This document shows, piece by piece, positions 9,414 through 18,422 of a stretch of 26,084 nt of DNA. The translations under genes and the position numbers were made by a program. The stretch is from Promethearchaeota archaeon. GTDB lineage: Archaea > Asgardarchaeota > Lokiarchaeia > Sigyniarchaeales > SOKP01. Where the stretch lies: contig JBHLNT010000050.1 in NCBI GenBank assembly GCA_048941265.1, positions 1 through 26,084 of the forward strand, given 5' to 3'. Below the pieces are notes generated by a model. It saw only the letters and a list, made by a program, of their open reading frames with translations, did not search any database and had not been told where the DNA came from. Position 1 is the stretch's first letter. Each line of letters starts with the position of its first letter.

Positions 9414-10859
9414 ATGAGTGAAAAGATTTCCTCTAACGAAAATCTTCCAGATAAAGAAATTGTTGACATAGTAAATTATGTTTTAGATTATAAAGTAGAA
9501 TCTCAAGAAGCTTACGACACCGCCCGGCTCTGTTTAATGGATAGTATCGGGTGTGCAATCACAGCGCTTCAATTTTCCGAGTGTACTAAACTTTTGGGCC
9601 CTGTAATACAAGATATAAAAGTTCCAAATGGTTCAAGAGTTCCAGGTACTCTTTATGAATTAGATCCTATTACTGCTGCATTTAATATCGGTCTGTTAAT
9701 ACGATGGCTTGATTATAATGATACTTGGTTAGCAGCTGAATGGGGGCATCCATCAGATAATTTAGGTGCAATATTAGCAGTATCGGATTATATTTCCAGA
9801 AAAAATGTTGCAGAAGGTATGAAACCATTAAAAGTTCATGATGTACTCACTGCTATGATTAAAGCTCACGAGATACAAGGGATTATGGCTCTTGAAAATA
9901 GTTTTAATGAAAAAGGAATTGATCATGTAATATTAGTGAAACTAGCTAGCACAGCGGTAGCTTCTAGCCTATTAAACTGTACTAAAACACAAATGATTAA
10001 CGCAATATCAAACGTATGGATTGATTTAGGTCCCCTCAGGACTTATCGTCATTGGCCGAACACGGGTTCTCGAAAAAGTTGGGCCGCAGGGGATGCTACG
10101 AGTAGGGCAGTTTTTCTAGCCCTTTTAGCTAAAAAGGGTGAAATGGGATATCCTACTGCCTTAACAACTCCAAAATGGGGATTCTATGCCCGCATTTGGA
10201 ATGGTGAACAGTTTAAGTTTCAAAGACCATATGGAAGTTATGTCATGGAAAATGTGCTTTTCAAAGTATCTTTTCCTGCTGAATTTCACGGTCAAACAGC
10301 AGTAGAAGCAAGCATAAAATTGCATCCAAAAGTGAAAGATCAACTGGATCAAATAGAAAAAATACAAATTAATACGCAGCAAGCGGGAAACCAGATTATA
10401 AATAAAATAGGCCCTCTTAAAAATCCTGCTGATAGAGACCATTGTATCCAATATATGACAGCAATTGGACTAATATTCGGTAATCTTGAGGCTGAAGATT
10501 ATGAAGATAAGCGTGCCTTAAATCCAATGATCGATGAATTAAGAAGTAAAATGGAAGTTAGAGAAAATTTACAATATATTATAGATTATCACGATCCTAG
10601 TAAGAGATCGGTGGCAAATTCAGTCCAAGTTTTCTTTAAAGATGGTACTACTACGAAAAAAGAGACTGTAGAGTATCCAATTGGACACAAATTTAGAAGG
10701 AAAGAAGCTGTTCCATTATTGATAGAAAAATTTAAGAAGAACATGAAAATTAAATTCTCCCCGTTACAGATCTCTTATTTGGTTGATATTTTTAGAAATC
10801 AAAAAGACTTAGAGCTTATGCCTGTTAATGAATTTATGGAAAGATTTCAAATAAAATAA
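9414..10859 (+). CDS. prpD: 2-methylcitrate dehydratase
   Basis: RWLDYNDTWLAAEWGHPSDN, LRTYRH.PNTGSRKSWAAGDA, FPAEFH.QTAVE, ADRDHCIQY, EYPIGH. Confidence 0.96.
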   Translation: MSEKISSNENLPDKEIVDIVNYVLDYKVESQEAYDTARLCLMDSIGCAITALQFSECTKLLGPVIQDIKVPNGSRVPGTLYELDPITAAFNIGLLIRWLDYNDTWLAAEWGHPSDNLGAILAVSDYISRKNVAEGMKPLKVHDVLTAMIKAHEIQGIMALENSFNEKGIDHVILVKLASTAVASSLLNCTKTQMINAISNVWIDLGPLRTYRHWPNTGSRKSWAAGDATSRAVFLALLAKKGEMGYPTALTTPKWGFYARIWNGEQFKFQRPYGSYVMENVLFKVSFPAEFHGQTAVEASIKLHPKVKDQLDQIEKIQINTQQAGNQIINKIGPLKNPADRDHCIQYMTAIGLIFGNLEAEDYEDKRALNPMIDELRSKMEVRENLQYIIDYHDPSKRSVANSVQVFFKDGTTTKKETVEYPIGHKFRRKEAVPLLIEKFKKNMKIKFSPLQISYLVDIFRNQKDLELMPVNEFMERFQIK

Positions 10860-10871
10860 CTTTATTTATAG

Positions 10872-10890
10872 AAAAAGGTTTTATTATAAA
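10872..10890 (+). promoter_or_regulatory. Candidate BRE/TATA promoter
   Basis: AAAAAGGTTTTATTATAAA (purine-rich BRE followed by a TATA box) just after prpD. Confidence 0.4.
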
Positions 10891-11087
10891 AAATCCATAG
10901 ATGCATGAACACACAATATCCTGATAATGTGAAGATGTTAATTGATGTGTTCATATCAGAATGAATGAAAGTGCCATCAATAGAACGATATAAATCCTTG
11001 GTTTAATAAGCATTATATATTTAAACATAAGAAAATTATATAGTATACTTTGGTTTTTTGAACATCTGGATAAGATGATTAATAAAA

Positions 11088-12287
11088 ATGACAGAAAATA
11101 TTAAGAACATTGAGGAAAATATTGGAACGAAGCCAACTCGCCGTTATGATATAGATGCTTTAAGAGTATATTCCGTAATATTGCTAATAATATTTCATAC
11201 CGCGATGCTATTTGCTTATGGTACGCCATATTTTATTCAAAATGCAGAATTAAGTGTGGAGATGCTGATATTCGTATTTATTGTCAATATTTTTAATATG
11301 GCACTTTTTTTCTTGATAGCGGGAATGAGTACATCTTATGCTTTGAATTTTCGGACGGGTACAAAATATTTAAAGGAACGCGTAAAAAGGTTAATTATCC
11401 CTTTACTATTTGGAATATTAATTGTTATCCCACCTATTGTTTATTTCGAGCGAAGTGCGTGGTGGAGTACCACAAGATATAATTCAGAAAACTTTAATGG
11501 GACATTTATCGAATTTTACCCTCATTTTTTTGAGATCGGAAATTTTAATTATTATCATCTATGGTTTCTTGCGTATCTATTTATATTCTCGCTGGTTGCA
11601 TTACGACTATTTTTAAAATGGAAAAAAGATGAGGGAAAGAAGAAAATCTCTTCTATGGCAGAAAAATATGGGGAAGGAAAAAAGATTTTTCTATTTGCCT
11701 TACCGCTAATAATATTTAATGTTAGCCTTAGATGGATCTTTCCTGGAATCTCTAAATTATTCATTGATGATCTGGCAAATGTGCTTACCTATTTAACAAT
11801 CTTTATACTAGGTTTTTTAATTGTTAGTGATAGTCGCTTCGAGAACTCTATTGATCGTAATAAAAAGTTGGCTTTAATTCTTGCTATAATCACGTCTTTT
11901 ATCGTGATTATATTTCTTGGACCAGGATATGATCCTTTTGGCAATCCCGTAGGGTATGCAATATATTGGACAAGTTTTTCATTTAGTGGCTGGTGTTGGC
12001 TGATTGCTATTTATGGTTATGGAAAGAAATTGCTGACCAAACAAAACTCTTTAATAAACCACCTTAGTGAAATTGCATTACCTATGTATATCATACACTT
12101 GACAGTAATAATCATGATTGCTTTTTATGTACTTCAATGGGAAGTACATTGGGCGATTAAATTTTTAATTATAACAACATCATCGCTGATCATAACGATA
12201 TTATTATGCGAATTAATAAAAACCAACAACGTAACCCGATTTATTTTTGGGATGAGACTAAAAACCAAGAAGTCGGAAGTTAAATAA
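11088..12287 (+). CDS. Acyltransferase-3 family membrane protein (OpgC/MdoC-like)
   Basis: RRYDIDALR...IIFH, M.LFFLIAG, KERVKRLIIP, HLWFL, YIIH motifs; about 10 hydrophobic segments. Confidence 0.85.
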   Translation: MTENIKNIEENIGTKPTRRYDIDALRVYSVILLIIFHTAMLFAYGTPYFIQNAELSVEMLIFVFIVNIFNMALFFLIAGMSTSYALNFRTGTKYLKERVKRLIIPLLFGILIVIPPIVYFERSAWWSTTRYNSENFNGTFIEFYPHFFEIGNFNYYHLWFLAYLFIFSLVALRLFLKWKKDEGKKKISSMAEKYGEGKKIFLFALPLIIFNVSLRWIFPGISKLFIDDLANVLTYLTIFILGFLIVSDSRFENSIDRNKKLALILAIITSFIVIIFLGPGYDPFGNPVGYAIYWTSFSFSGWCWLIAIYGYGKKLLTKQNSLINHLSEIALPMYIIHLTVIIMIAFYVLQWEVHWAIKFLIITTSSLIITILLCELIKTNNVTRFIFGMRLKTKKSEVK

Positions 12288-12303
12288 AAAGATCATTCAA
12301 AGA

Positions 12304-12717
12304 GTGGAAAAAATGTATAATTATAAAAGATTAGTAGGCGAATTGTTAGGCGCAGCTATCGCAGTTGTTTGGATATTTTTTGCGTTTCTAGTTATATTGT
12401 TTGGGAATGTTTTGGTGTTTCTTGCTATCGCCATTTCCCTTACTATATTGTTGGGCGTATTATCAGGAGGATTTCTTAAGCTAAGCAAAAAAGATGAAGA
12501 AAACAAGGAAATTTTGTATAATTATAAAAGATTAGTTGGCGAACTGGTAGGCGCAGCAATAGCAGTTGTATGGATATGTTGGGCGTTAATCGTGCCGGGA
12601 AATCTGTTTTTACTTGCTATCGCCATTTCCCTTACTATATTGTTGGGTGTATTATCTGGAGGATTTCTTAAGCTAAGCAAAAAAGATGAAGAAAGCGCTA
12701 AAAATAAAGAAGGTTAA
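12304..12717 (+). CDS. Small membrane protein made of two tandem 2-TM repeats
   Basis: Two copies of YNYKRLVGEL.GAAIAVVWI...LAIAISLTILLGVLSGGFLKLSKKDEE. Confidence 0.8.
   Translation: MEKMYNYKRLVGELLGAAIAVVWIFFAFLVILFGNVLVFLAIAISLTILLGVLSGGFLKLSKKDEENKEILYNYKRLVGELVGAAIAVVWICWALIVPGNLFLLAIAISLTILLGVLSGGFLKLSKKDEESAKNKEG
12314..12694 (+). repeat. Intragenic tandem duplication (units 12314-12502 and 12515-12694)
   Basis: Both units start TGTATAATTATAAAAGATTAGT. Segments 12421-12502 and 12613-12694 differ at only 2 positions. Unit 2 is 9 nt shorter. Confidence 0.95.
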
Positions 12718-12896
12718 ATTTACTAATAACTTTATTTTAATCAAAAAAATGCTAACAAATGCTTATATCCTAAGTTAACATTTTTAAAATTTTTTTTTTA
12801 TTTTCTTGAAATATTATTTATAAATTATTTTAAAAGTTTTAAGCCTTTTTTTTATATATAATTTTTTTATTCAAAAAGTCTTATAAAATAGAGTAT

Positions 12897-12910
12897 AAAA
12901 AGTTTTAAAA
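12897..12910 (+). promoter_or_regulatory. Candidate BRE/TATA promoter for the PDO-PDO-trxB operon
   Basis: AAAAAGTTTTAAAA about 50 nt upstream of the start codon. Confidence 0.4.
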
Positions 12911-12960
12911 CTAAATTTCCTAACATATCTTAGGTTAAATCACTAATAATGGAGTTAAAA

Positions 12961-13653
12961 ATGTCCTACATTGTTCAAAATGAAAAACTTATACAAAATG
13001 AAATGACCAAATTGAAAAATAAAGTCACTTTAAAGCTCTTTACCGACTTTAAAACTGAAGAAAATGGGACTAAAATCAGAAATTGTATGGCATGTGATAG
13101 TACTTTCAATTTATTAAATACATTAAAAGAACACTCAGATGGAAAGTTAGAGGTAGAGGAATATTCTACCCAAGAAAATTCGGATATAGCTGATAAATAT
13201 GAGGTTGTCAGAATTCCAACAATTCTATTCATTGATGAAAAAGACCGAGAAGTCATTCGTTATACTGCTGAACCTTCAGGAGCAGAATTAGTTCCTTTTA
13301 TAAAAAGTATCCAGGATTTTTCCGGAGCTGTTTCTTTTTATAAGGATACTATAATGACAAATCTTAAGAAAATCGGGAAATCAGAAATAAAATTGTTTAT
13401 TACTCATACGTGTCCATATTGTCCCACAGTAGTACCTATTGCAAATCTATTTGCTACTTTATCAGATGGAAAAATTAAAGTTAATATTATTGATATTAAT
13501 GCCAATCAAGACATTGCTATGAAATATCAAATTCAGGGAGTGCCCCATACTATGATAAATGAAAAAGAACACATTTATGGCATGTTCTCACCTCAAGACT
13601 TATTAGAGAAACTTACAAAAGGAAAAAGAGATTTTGATGGAATGTATGCTTAA
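12961..13653 (+). CDS. Protein-disulfide oxidoreductase (two thioredoxin folds, PDO/AhpF-NTD-like), copy 1
   Basis: CMAC and CPYC motifs with the cis-Pro loops RIPT and GVP. GGAG at 12951 supports the ATG at 12961 over 12949. Confidence 0.88.
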   Translation: MSYIVQNEKLIQNEMTKLKNKVTLKLFTDFKTEENGTKIRNCMACDSTFNLLNTLKEHSDGKLEVEEYSTQENSDIADKYEVVRIPTILFIDEKDREVIRYTAEPSGAELVPFIKSIQDFSGAVSFYKDTIMTNLKKIGKSEIKLFITHTCPYCPTVVPIANLFATLSDGKIKVNIIDINANQDIAMKYQIQGVPHTMINEKEHIYGMFSPQDLLEKLTKGKRDFDGMYA

Positions 13654-13679
13654 TCTAAAATTAAAAAGTAAAGGAGGTT

Positions 13680-14372
13680 ATGAAAAAATTGTCTTCAGAT
13701 GAACATTATAAAGAAATAATTAGAAAGGAAATGGCCAAATTAAAAAAGCCAGTTAAATTAAAAGTTTTTACCTCACAAAAGGTTCAAGCAGATGGAACTA
13801 AAATAAGAGCATGTATGGATTGTGGTGAATTTATGACTTTATTACGAATATACGAGGAAAACTCAAATGGAATGCTCCAGATAGAAGAATTATCGATTGA
13901 TGACAATCCCGAGTATGCAAAACGCTATGATATTTCCCGTGTACCAACAATCCTTTTTGTTGATAACAATAATAAAGAAATAATTAGATATTTAGCAGCT
14001 CCCCAGGGTGCTGAAATCCAACCTTTCATCCAGTCCATATTTACATTTGCCGGAGCTCCGAATTATTATGAACCCACAATAAAGCAAAATTTGGATCGAA
14101 TAAAATCTACTACTATAAAAGTAATGATGACAGAAACTTGTCCTTATTGTCCCCAAGTTATTACAATAGCAAATATGTTCGCAATAGCATCTGGAGGAAA
14201 AATTCGAACAGTTATAATAGATATCAATGCCAATCCAGATATTGGGCAATATTATGATGCTGCTGGTGTACCATATACTATTTTTAATGATCAAAAAACC
14301 TTAACCGGTATGGTCGGACCGAACGAGATACTAAGGGCATTAATAGGAGGGAATATCCGTGTTTCCTACTGA
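13680..14372 (+). CDS. Protein-disulfide oxidoreductase, copy 2
   Basis: CMDC and CPYC motifs, RVPT and GVP; AGGAGG RBS; clear paralog of the upstream gene. Confidence 0.9.
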   Translation: MKKLSSDEHYKEIIRKEMAKLKKPVKLKVFTSQKVQADGTKIRACMDCGEFMTLLRIYEENSNGMLQIEELSIDDNPEYAKRYDISRVPTILFVDNNNKEIIRYLAAPQGAEIQPFIQSIFTFAGAPNYYEPTIKQNLDRIKSTTIKVMMTETCPYCPQVITIANMFAIASGGKIRTVIIDINANPDIGQYYDAAGVPYTIFNDQKTLTGMVGPNEILRALIGGNIRVSY

Positions 14373-15303
14373 TTCGCTTGGGTTCGATCCAGAAAAAATA
14401 TATGATATTATCGTATTAGGTGGTGGTCCAACAGCTATAGGGTGTGCGATCTATGCCGCAAGGTTCGCAATGGATGTACTTATTATTGGCAAGACATTTG
14501 GCGGATTAATAGCTACAACCCATATTGTTGAAAATTATCCGGGCATTACTTCCGTTAGCGGCCTGGGATTTACGGAAATGTTTAGGGAACATATGCAGTC
14601 CTTAAATATTTCCTACATTTCTGATGAGATTAACAGTATTGAGAAGCAAAATGATCATTTTATACTACATTCATTTTTTCAAAAGTTTAAAGCCTATTCT
14701 ATTTGTATCGCAACTGGATCAGTAAGAAGGAAATTAGGAATTCCAGGTGAAGAGGAATTTGCGGGGAAAGGAGTTTCTTATTGCGCTACGTGTGATGGAC
14801 CCTTTTTTAAAGATAAAGTTGTATGTGTAATAGGAGGAAGCGATTCTGCCGCTAAAGAAGCCTTATTCCTTGCGCAGAATGCTAAAAAAGTTTATATTAT
14901 TTATCGAGGCGAAGAAATACGAGCTGAACCTATAAATAAAAAACGTGTATATAAAAATGAGAAAATAGAAATCATATATAAAACAAATGTCGCAGAAATA
15001 AAAGGAGATAATTCAGTAAAATCAGTAATATTTGATAATGGTAAGGAGTTTAAAGTTGATGGGGTATTTATTGAAATTGGTTCTATACCAAATTCGGATT
15101 TAGCAAAAAGAATTGGAGTGAATACCAATGAAAAAGGTGAAATCATTATTAATCGGAAATCAGAAACGAATATCCCTGGTATTTTTGCTGCAGGAGATGT
15201 TGCGGATGCACCTTTTAAGCAAGCGATCACGGGAGTAGCAGAAGGAGTAATTGCTGCGTATTCCGCTTTTGATTATCTCAAAGAGATGACAATAGAATAT
15301 TAA
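14359..15303 (+). CDS. trxB: Thioredoxin reductase
   Basis: GGGP FAD motif, ENYPG, GVSYCATCDG, GGSDSA, FAAGDV; GTG start with GGAGG RBS, overlapping the upstream gene. Confidence 0.93.
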   Translation: MFPTDSLGFDPEKIYDIIVLGGGPTAIGCAIYAARFAMDVLIIGKTFGGLIATTHIVENYPGITSVSGLGFTEMFREHMQSLNISYISDEINSIEKQNDHFILHSFFQKFKAYSICIATGSVRRKLGIPGEEEFAGKGVSYCATCDGPFFKDKVVCVIGGSDSAAKEALFLAQNAKKVYIIYRGEEIRAEPINKKRVYKNEKIEIIYKTNVAEIKGDNSVKSVIFDNGKEFKVDGVFIEIGSIPNSDLAKRIGVNTNEKGEIIINRKSETNIPGIFAAGDVADAPFKQAITGVAEGVIAAYSAFDYLKEMTIEY

Positions 15304-15322
15304 ATTAAGTGATAATATAAAA

Positions 15323-16894
15323 TTAATACGCCCCATATTTTAAGGTAGTTTCTACCCATATCTTAAGGTTTTTAAAAGGAGTATCTGGAGCAACCTCGCA
15401 ACCTTCTGCCATCATATATCCACCTCCTTCTTTGCATCCCTCAATCAATTCCTTGGTTTTCTCTATTATTTGTTGTTCTGTTCCAAAACGTAGGAGTTTT
15501 GTTTGAATATTGCCCATTATACAAAATCGATTACCTAGCATTTCTTTAGCTTTAAAAATATCAGAGTCTTCTAAATGAAGAATATACTTCCCATTTTTAG
15601 GAAATTCGAGGAAATAATGAAAGAAGGGGGTCCAATCAGTATCCATATGAAATACAGTAATAAGGCCATTTCTAACATTCTCTTTAACAATTTGTTTTAA
15701 GTCCTCTAAAACTAATTCTTCGAAATTGTTAGGAGAAATAAACATTGGACTTACACGTTCCAAACAAATATAAGTCCTTTTTACTTGAGACAATGAATAC
15801 ATTACATAATCATTAGCCATGGTAGCATCGAGGAGTAATTCACAAAATTCTTTGAGTTCTTCCCTGTGTTTCTTAATTGCTTTAGACCAATTCTTTATAC
15901 CCATTAAATAACATAATCCTTCCAAGGGTGTTACTATTCCACTTGTTGCATAAATGGGTACTTTTTTTTTATTTTCCCAGTAATTAATAAATTTTCCAAT
16001 TTTTAAGAAATCAGCTTGAGTTTCAAGAATCTTTAAATTACTTACTGGTCTCCATATCGATCTTAATCCTAATCTTTTAATTTTTTCAAAATCTTTTGTT
16101 TTTATATATCCTTTTTCTATAAATTGAAGAGTACTTGGCACTTCATCAGAATAATCCAACTCATTATAGAATCCCGAAGGACCTAAGGGTAATATATTAT
16201 AAAAGGCGTATAGGCGACCCATGGGGAGATGAACCATATCAATCTTCCCTCCAAATTTTGCGTATGTATTTTTAACAGCAGTAAAGATATTTTCTATAGG
16301 ACCTAAAACAAATTCTTTGGATGACATATTATTATTGGCAGCATAAAAATAGTCCATCAATGGAGTAATAGGGATTCGATCTGGCTCTTTAAGCTGAATT
16401 GCTTTATTAAAGCGCTCATATGAGGTTGAATCCTCATCTATTTTGGGCTCTTTTAATGGGATGAGCTTCTTCTTTTTTCGATATTGGATAATAGCTTTTA
16501 ATTCTTCTTGATGATTATGATTTAAATTAATTCTCCTCATTTCATTACTTAATTTCATTTGATGTAAAGCTAATTTACCGATATTAATTACTCCGATGTT
16601 AGAAATACTTCTTATGAGATTCTTTACGATAAATGAACCATAACTGCCCTTAAAAAAAATCTTAATATTATTTAAAGCATGTCTTTCACCTCTTAATTCA
16701 TTAAACCAATGTTTTTCAACTTCTCCATATAACAATTTTTCAAGCCTATCAATCCTATAACGAAGTCCCTTTTTTCCATACAATAAGATTTCATATTCTT
16801 CAATTTCCTCTCGGAGTAATTCTTTTAGATCAAGCGATCTCTTTTTCATCTTATATCTAAAGTACTCAATTTTTTCGTGAATCTTTTTTTTCAA
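15323..16894 (-). CDS. Uroporphyrinogen decarboxylase / MtaA-CmuA methyltransferase superfamily protein with a long N-terminal extension
   Basis: ERF..AI..KEPDRIP, FISP..FEEL, FHMD, DIFKAKE.LG..FCIMGNI, GGGYMMAEGCE..PDTP..NL. Confidence 0.82.
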   Translation of the reverse strand: MKKKIHEKIEYFRYKMKKRSLDLKELLREEIEEYEILLYGKKGLRYRIDRLEKLLYGEVEKHWFNELRGERHALNNIKIFFKGSYGSFIVKNLIRSISNIGVINIGKLALHQMKLSNEMRRINLNHNHQEELKAIIQYRKKKKLIPLKEPKIDEDSTSYERFNKAIQLKEPDRIPITPLMDYFYAANNNMSSKEFVLGPIENIFTAVKNTYAKFGGKIDMVHLPMGRLYAFYNILPLGPSGFYNELDYSDEVPSTLQFIEKGYIKTKDFEKIKRLGLRSIWRPVSNLKILETQADFLKIGKFINYWENKKKVPIYATSGIVTPLEGLCYLMGIKNWSKAIKKHREELKEFCELLLDATMANDYVMYSLSQVKRTYICLERVSPMFISPNNFEELVLEDLKQIVKENVRNGLITVFHMDTDWTPFFHYFLEFPKNGKYILHLEDSDIFKAKEMLGNRFCIMGNIQTKLLRFGTEQQIIEKTKELIEGCKEGGGYMMAEGCEVAPDTPFKNLKIWVETTLKYGAY

Positions 16895-17109
16895 ACAAAA
16901 ACACCAAATTTCTATTTTTTCGATATTTTGGATATATTTTTCACAAAGATGGGATATTAAAAAAATTGCTTCTTACTTTGTTTTTAATCATTTTATATAA
17001 TATTTTTGCTTATTATCTATTTGATAAAAAGAGATGAACTCCAAAAAATAATTTGAAATTAAGGAAAAAATAAAAAATTATAGATTTTATCTTTAAAATT
17101 TTGTTGAAA

Positions 17110-17271
17110 ATGGTCGATAACTTTATTCTTGCCGGAATAATGTGGTATAAAATCTTGTCTGATAAAGACGTCAAAATTACTTTTAAATATTTTGCCAAAT
17201 ATGGATTCCTAATAATGCCAATAGTAATCTCATTTACTTGTTTAGTCCTTTATTTAGAACTATTATTTTAG
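17110..17271 (+). pseudogene. C-terminal remnant of an ArsB/NhaD (SLC13-like) permease
   Basis: 53-codon frame absent from the ORF track: MVDNFILAGIMWYKILSDKDVKITFKYFAKYGFLIMPIVISFTCLVLYLELLF. Resembles the last re-entrant segment and final TM helix of ArsB-type permeases. Confidence 0.6.
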
Positions 17272-17321
17272 TGCAATTAATCCAAAAAATGAAGAATAAA
17301 ATAGAAAAAAGTTTTTTGATT

Positions 17322-17627
17322 TTATTCAATAGCTACGTCTATGCTATGAAACTCTGGTTCTTTAAATGGGACATCTATTTTCAATAATCCATTTTTATAT
17401 ACTGCTTTAGCATTTTCAGGGTCAATCTCGCAGCAAACAGCATAAGATCCAATATATACAGTATCTCCTGTCTCTCCTTTAATAAAGAATGAATCTTCGT
17501 GCATTTTGAGTTTTATAGCATCCTTTTCTACTCCTGGGAGGGTAATTTCTATATGGTATGTATTATGTTCATCATTTGGCCACATACATACATCGGGAGA
17601 TATATAAATCTTTTCTTCTTCTGACAT
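17322..17627 (-). CDS. Small heat-shock protein (Hsp20/alpha-crystallin domain)
   Basis: LPGVEKD.IKL and A.YKNGLLKI.VP motifs; 101 aa. Confidence 0.9.
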   Translation of the reverse strand: MSEEEKIYISPDVCMWPNDEHNTYHIEITLPGVEKDAIKLKMHEDSFFIKGETGDTVYIGSYAVCCEIDPENAKAVYKNGLLKIDVPFKEPEFHSIDVAIE

Positions 17628-17902
17628 AATATTTCACTTTTCTATTATAATCAATGTATTTGACTTCTAATATCAAAATAAGGCAATTGGATTTTTAAAC
17701 GTTTTTTCTATGATTTATTAGAAATTAGATGATTTCGCAACTTTTAGAGCAACGACTACATGATGAATATTTTTAATTTATAAATTCACTCAAATGGACA
17801 ACTTTTAAGTTTTAGTCATCAATTTTTTAAATGATATTATTAGAATATAAAATGTAATGAATTAAAATCCAAAAAATATCAAATATAAATGGAGGTTAAA
17901 TA

Positions 17903-18190
17903 ATGACTTTAGCAAACATACCAGTTATTCTTGAAAAGATAAATAAGGAAGATATAAATAAACAGATATTAAGAACTGCCATGTTGGCTGAACTTGATGC
18001 TATCAATCTCTATGAACAGATGGCTGCTTTAACGGATGATAAAAATATCAAAGCTGTCTTAATGGATGTAGCCAAGGAAGAGAAGGAACATGTTGGAGAA
18101 TTCCAATATATGTTATTAAAACATGACAAACAACAAGAAAAAGAACTACAGGAAGGAATGGAAGAAGTTAAAGAATTACTTGGAGAGTAG
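17903..18190 (+). CDS. Ferritin-like protein (encapsulated-ferritin/Flp type)
   Basis: AELDAINLYEQ and EEKEHVGEF ferroxidase motifs; GGAGG RBS; T-tract at 18211-18220. Confidence 0.88.
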   Translation: MTLANIPVILEKINKEDINKQILRTAMLAELDAINLYEQMAALTDDKNIKAVLMDVAKEEKEHVGEFQYMLLKHDKQQEKELQEGMEEVKELLGE

Positions 18191-18364
18191 CTCTTATCGA
18201 TAATTTATTATTTTTTTTTTATCTTGAATAAAAGTTAAAAATTTAATCGTATTGTTTAAAATTATATTTTATTGAGTAGTCTTAGGATTTAGCGAGAATT
18301 GTTTAGTTCTATAGCCCATTTTCTTTTTAAAATATAACCCAAATTTATATGAAATTATTACACT

Positions 18365-18380
18365 AAAGTTTTAATATATA
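18365..18380 (+). promoter_or_regulatory. Candidate BRE/TATA promoter for cysE-cysK
   Basis: AAAGTTTTAATATATA about 45 nt upstream of cysE. Confidence 0.4.
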
Positions 18381-18422
18381 GAAATGTAAAATTTCCTAAA
18401 TTAGAGATAAAGATGTAATAAA

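Noticed and set aside
12961-15303. Selenocysteine recoding in the redox genes
   Set aside because: All active sites use Cys codons. The TGA ending the second PDO is a normal stop overlapping trxB. No convincing SECIS was seen.
17013-17198. 61-aa minus-strand ORF
   Set aside because: Low-complexity sequence that partly overlaps the more plausible plus-strand permease remnant.
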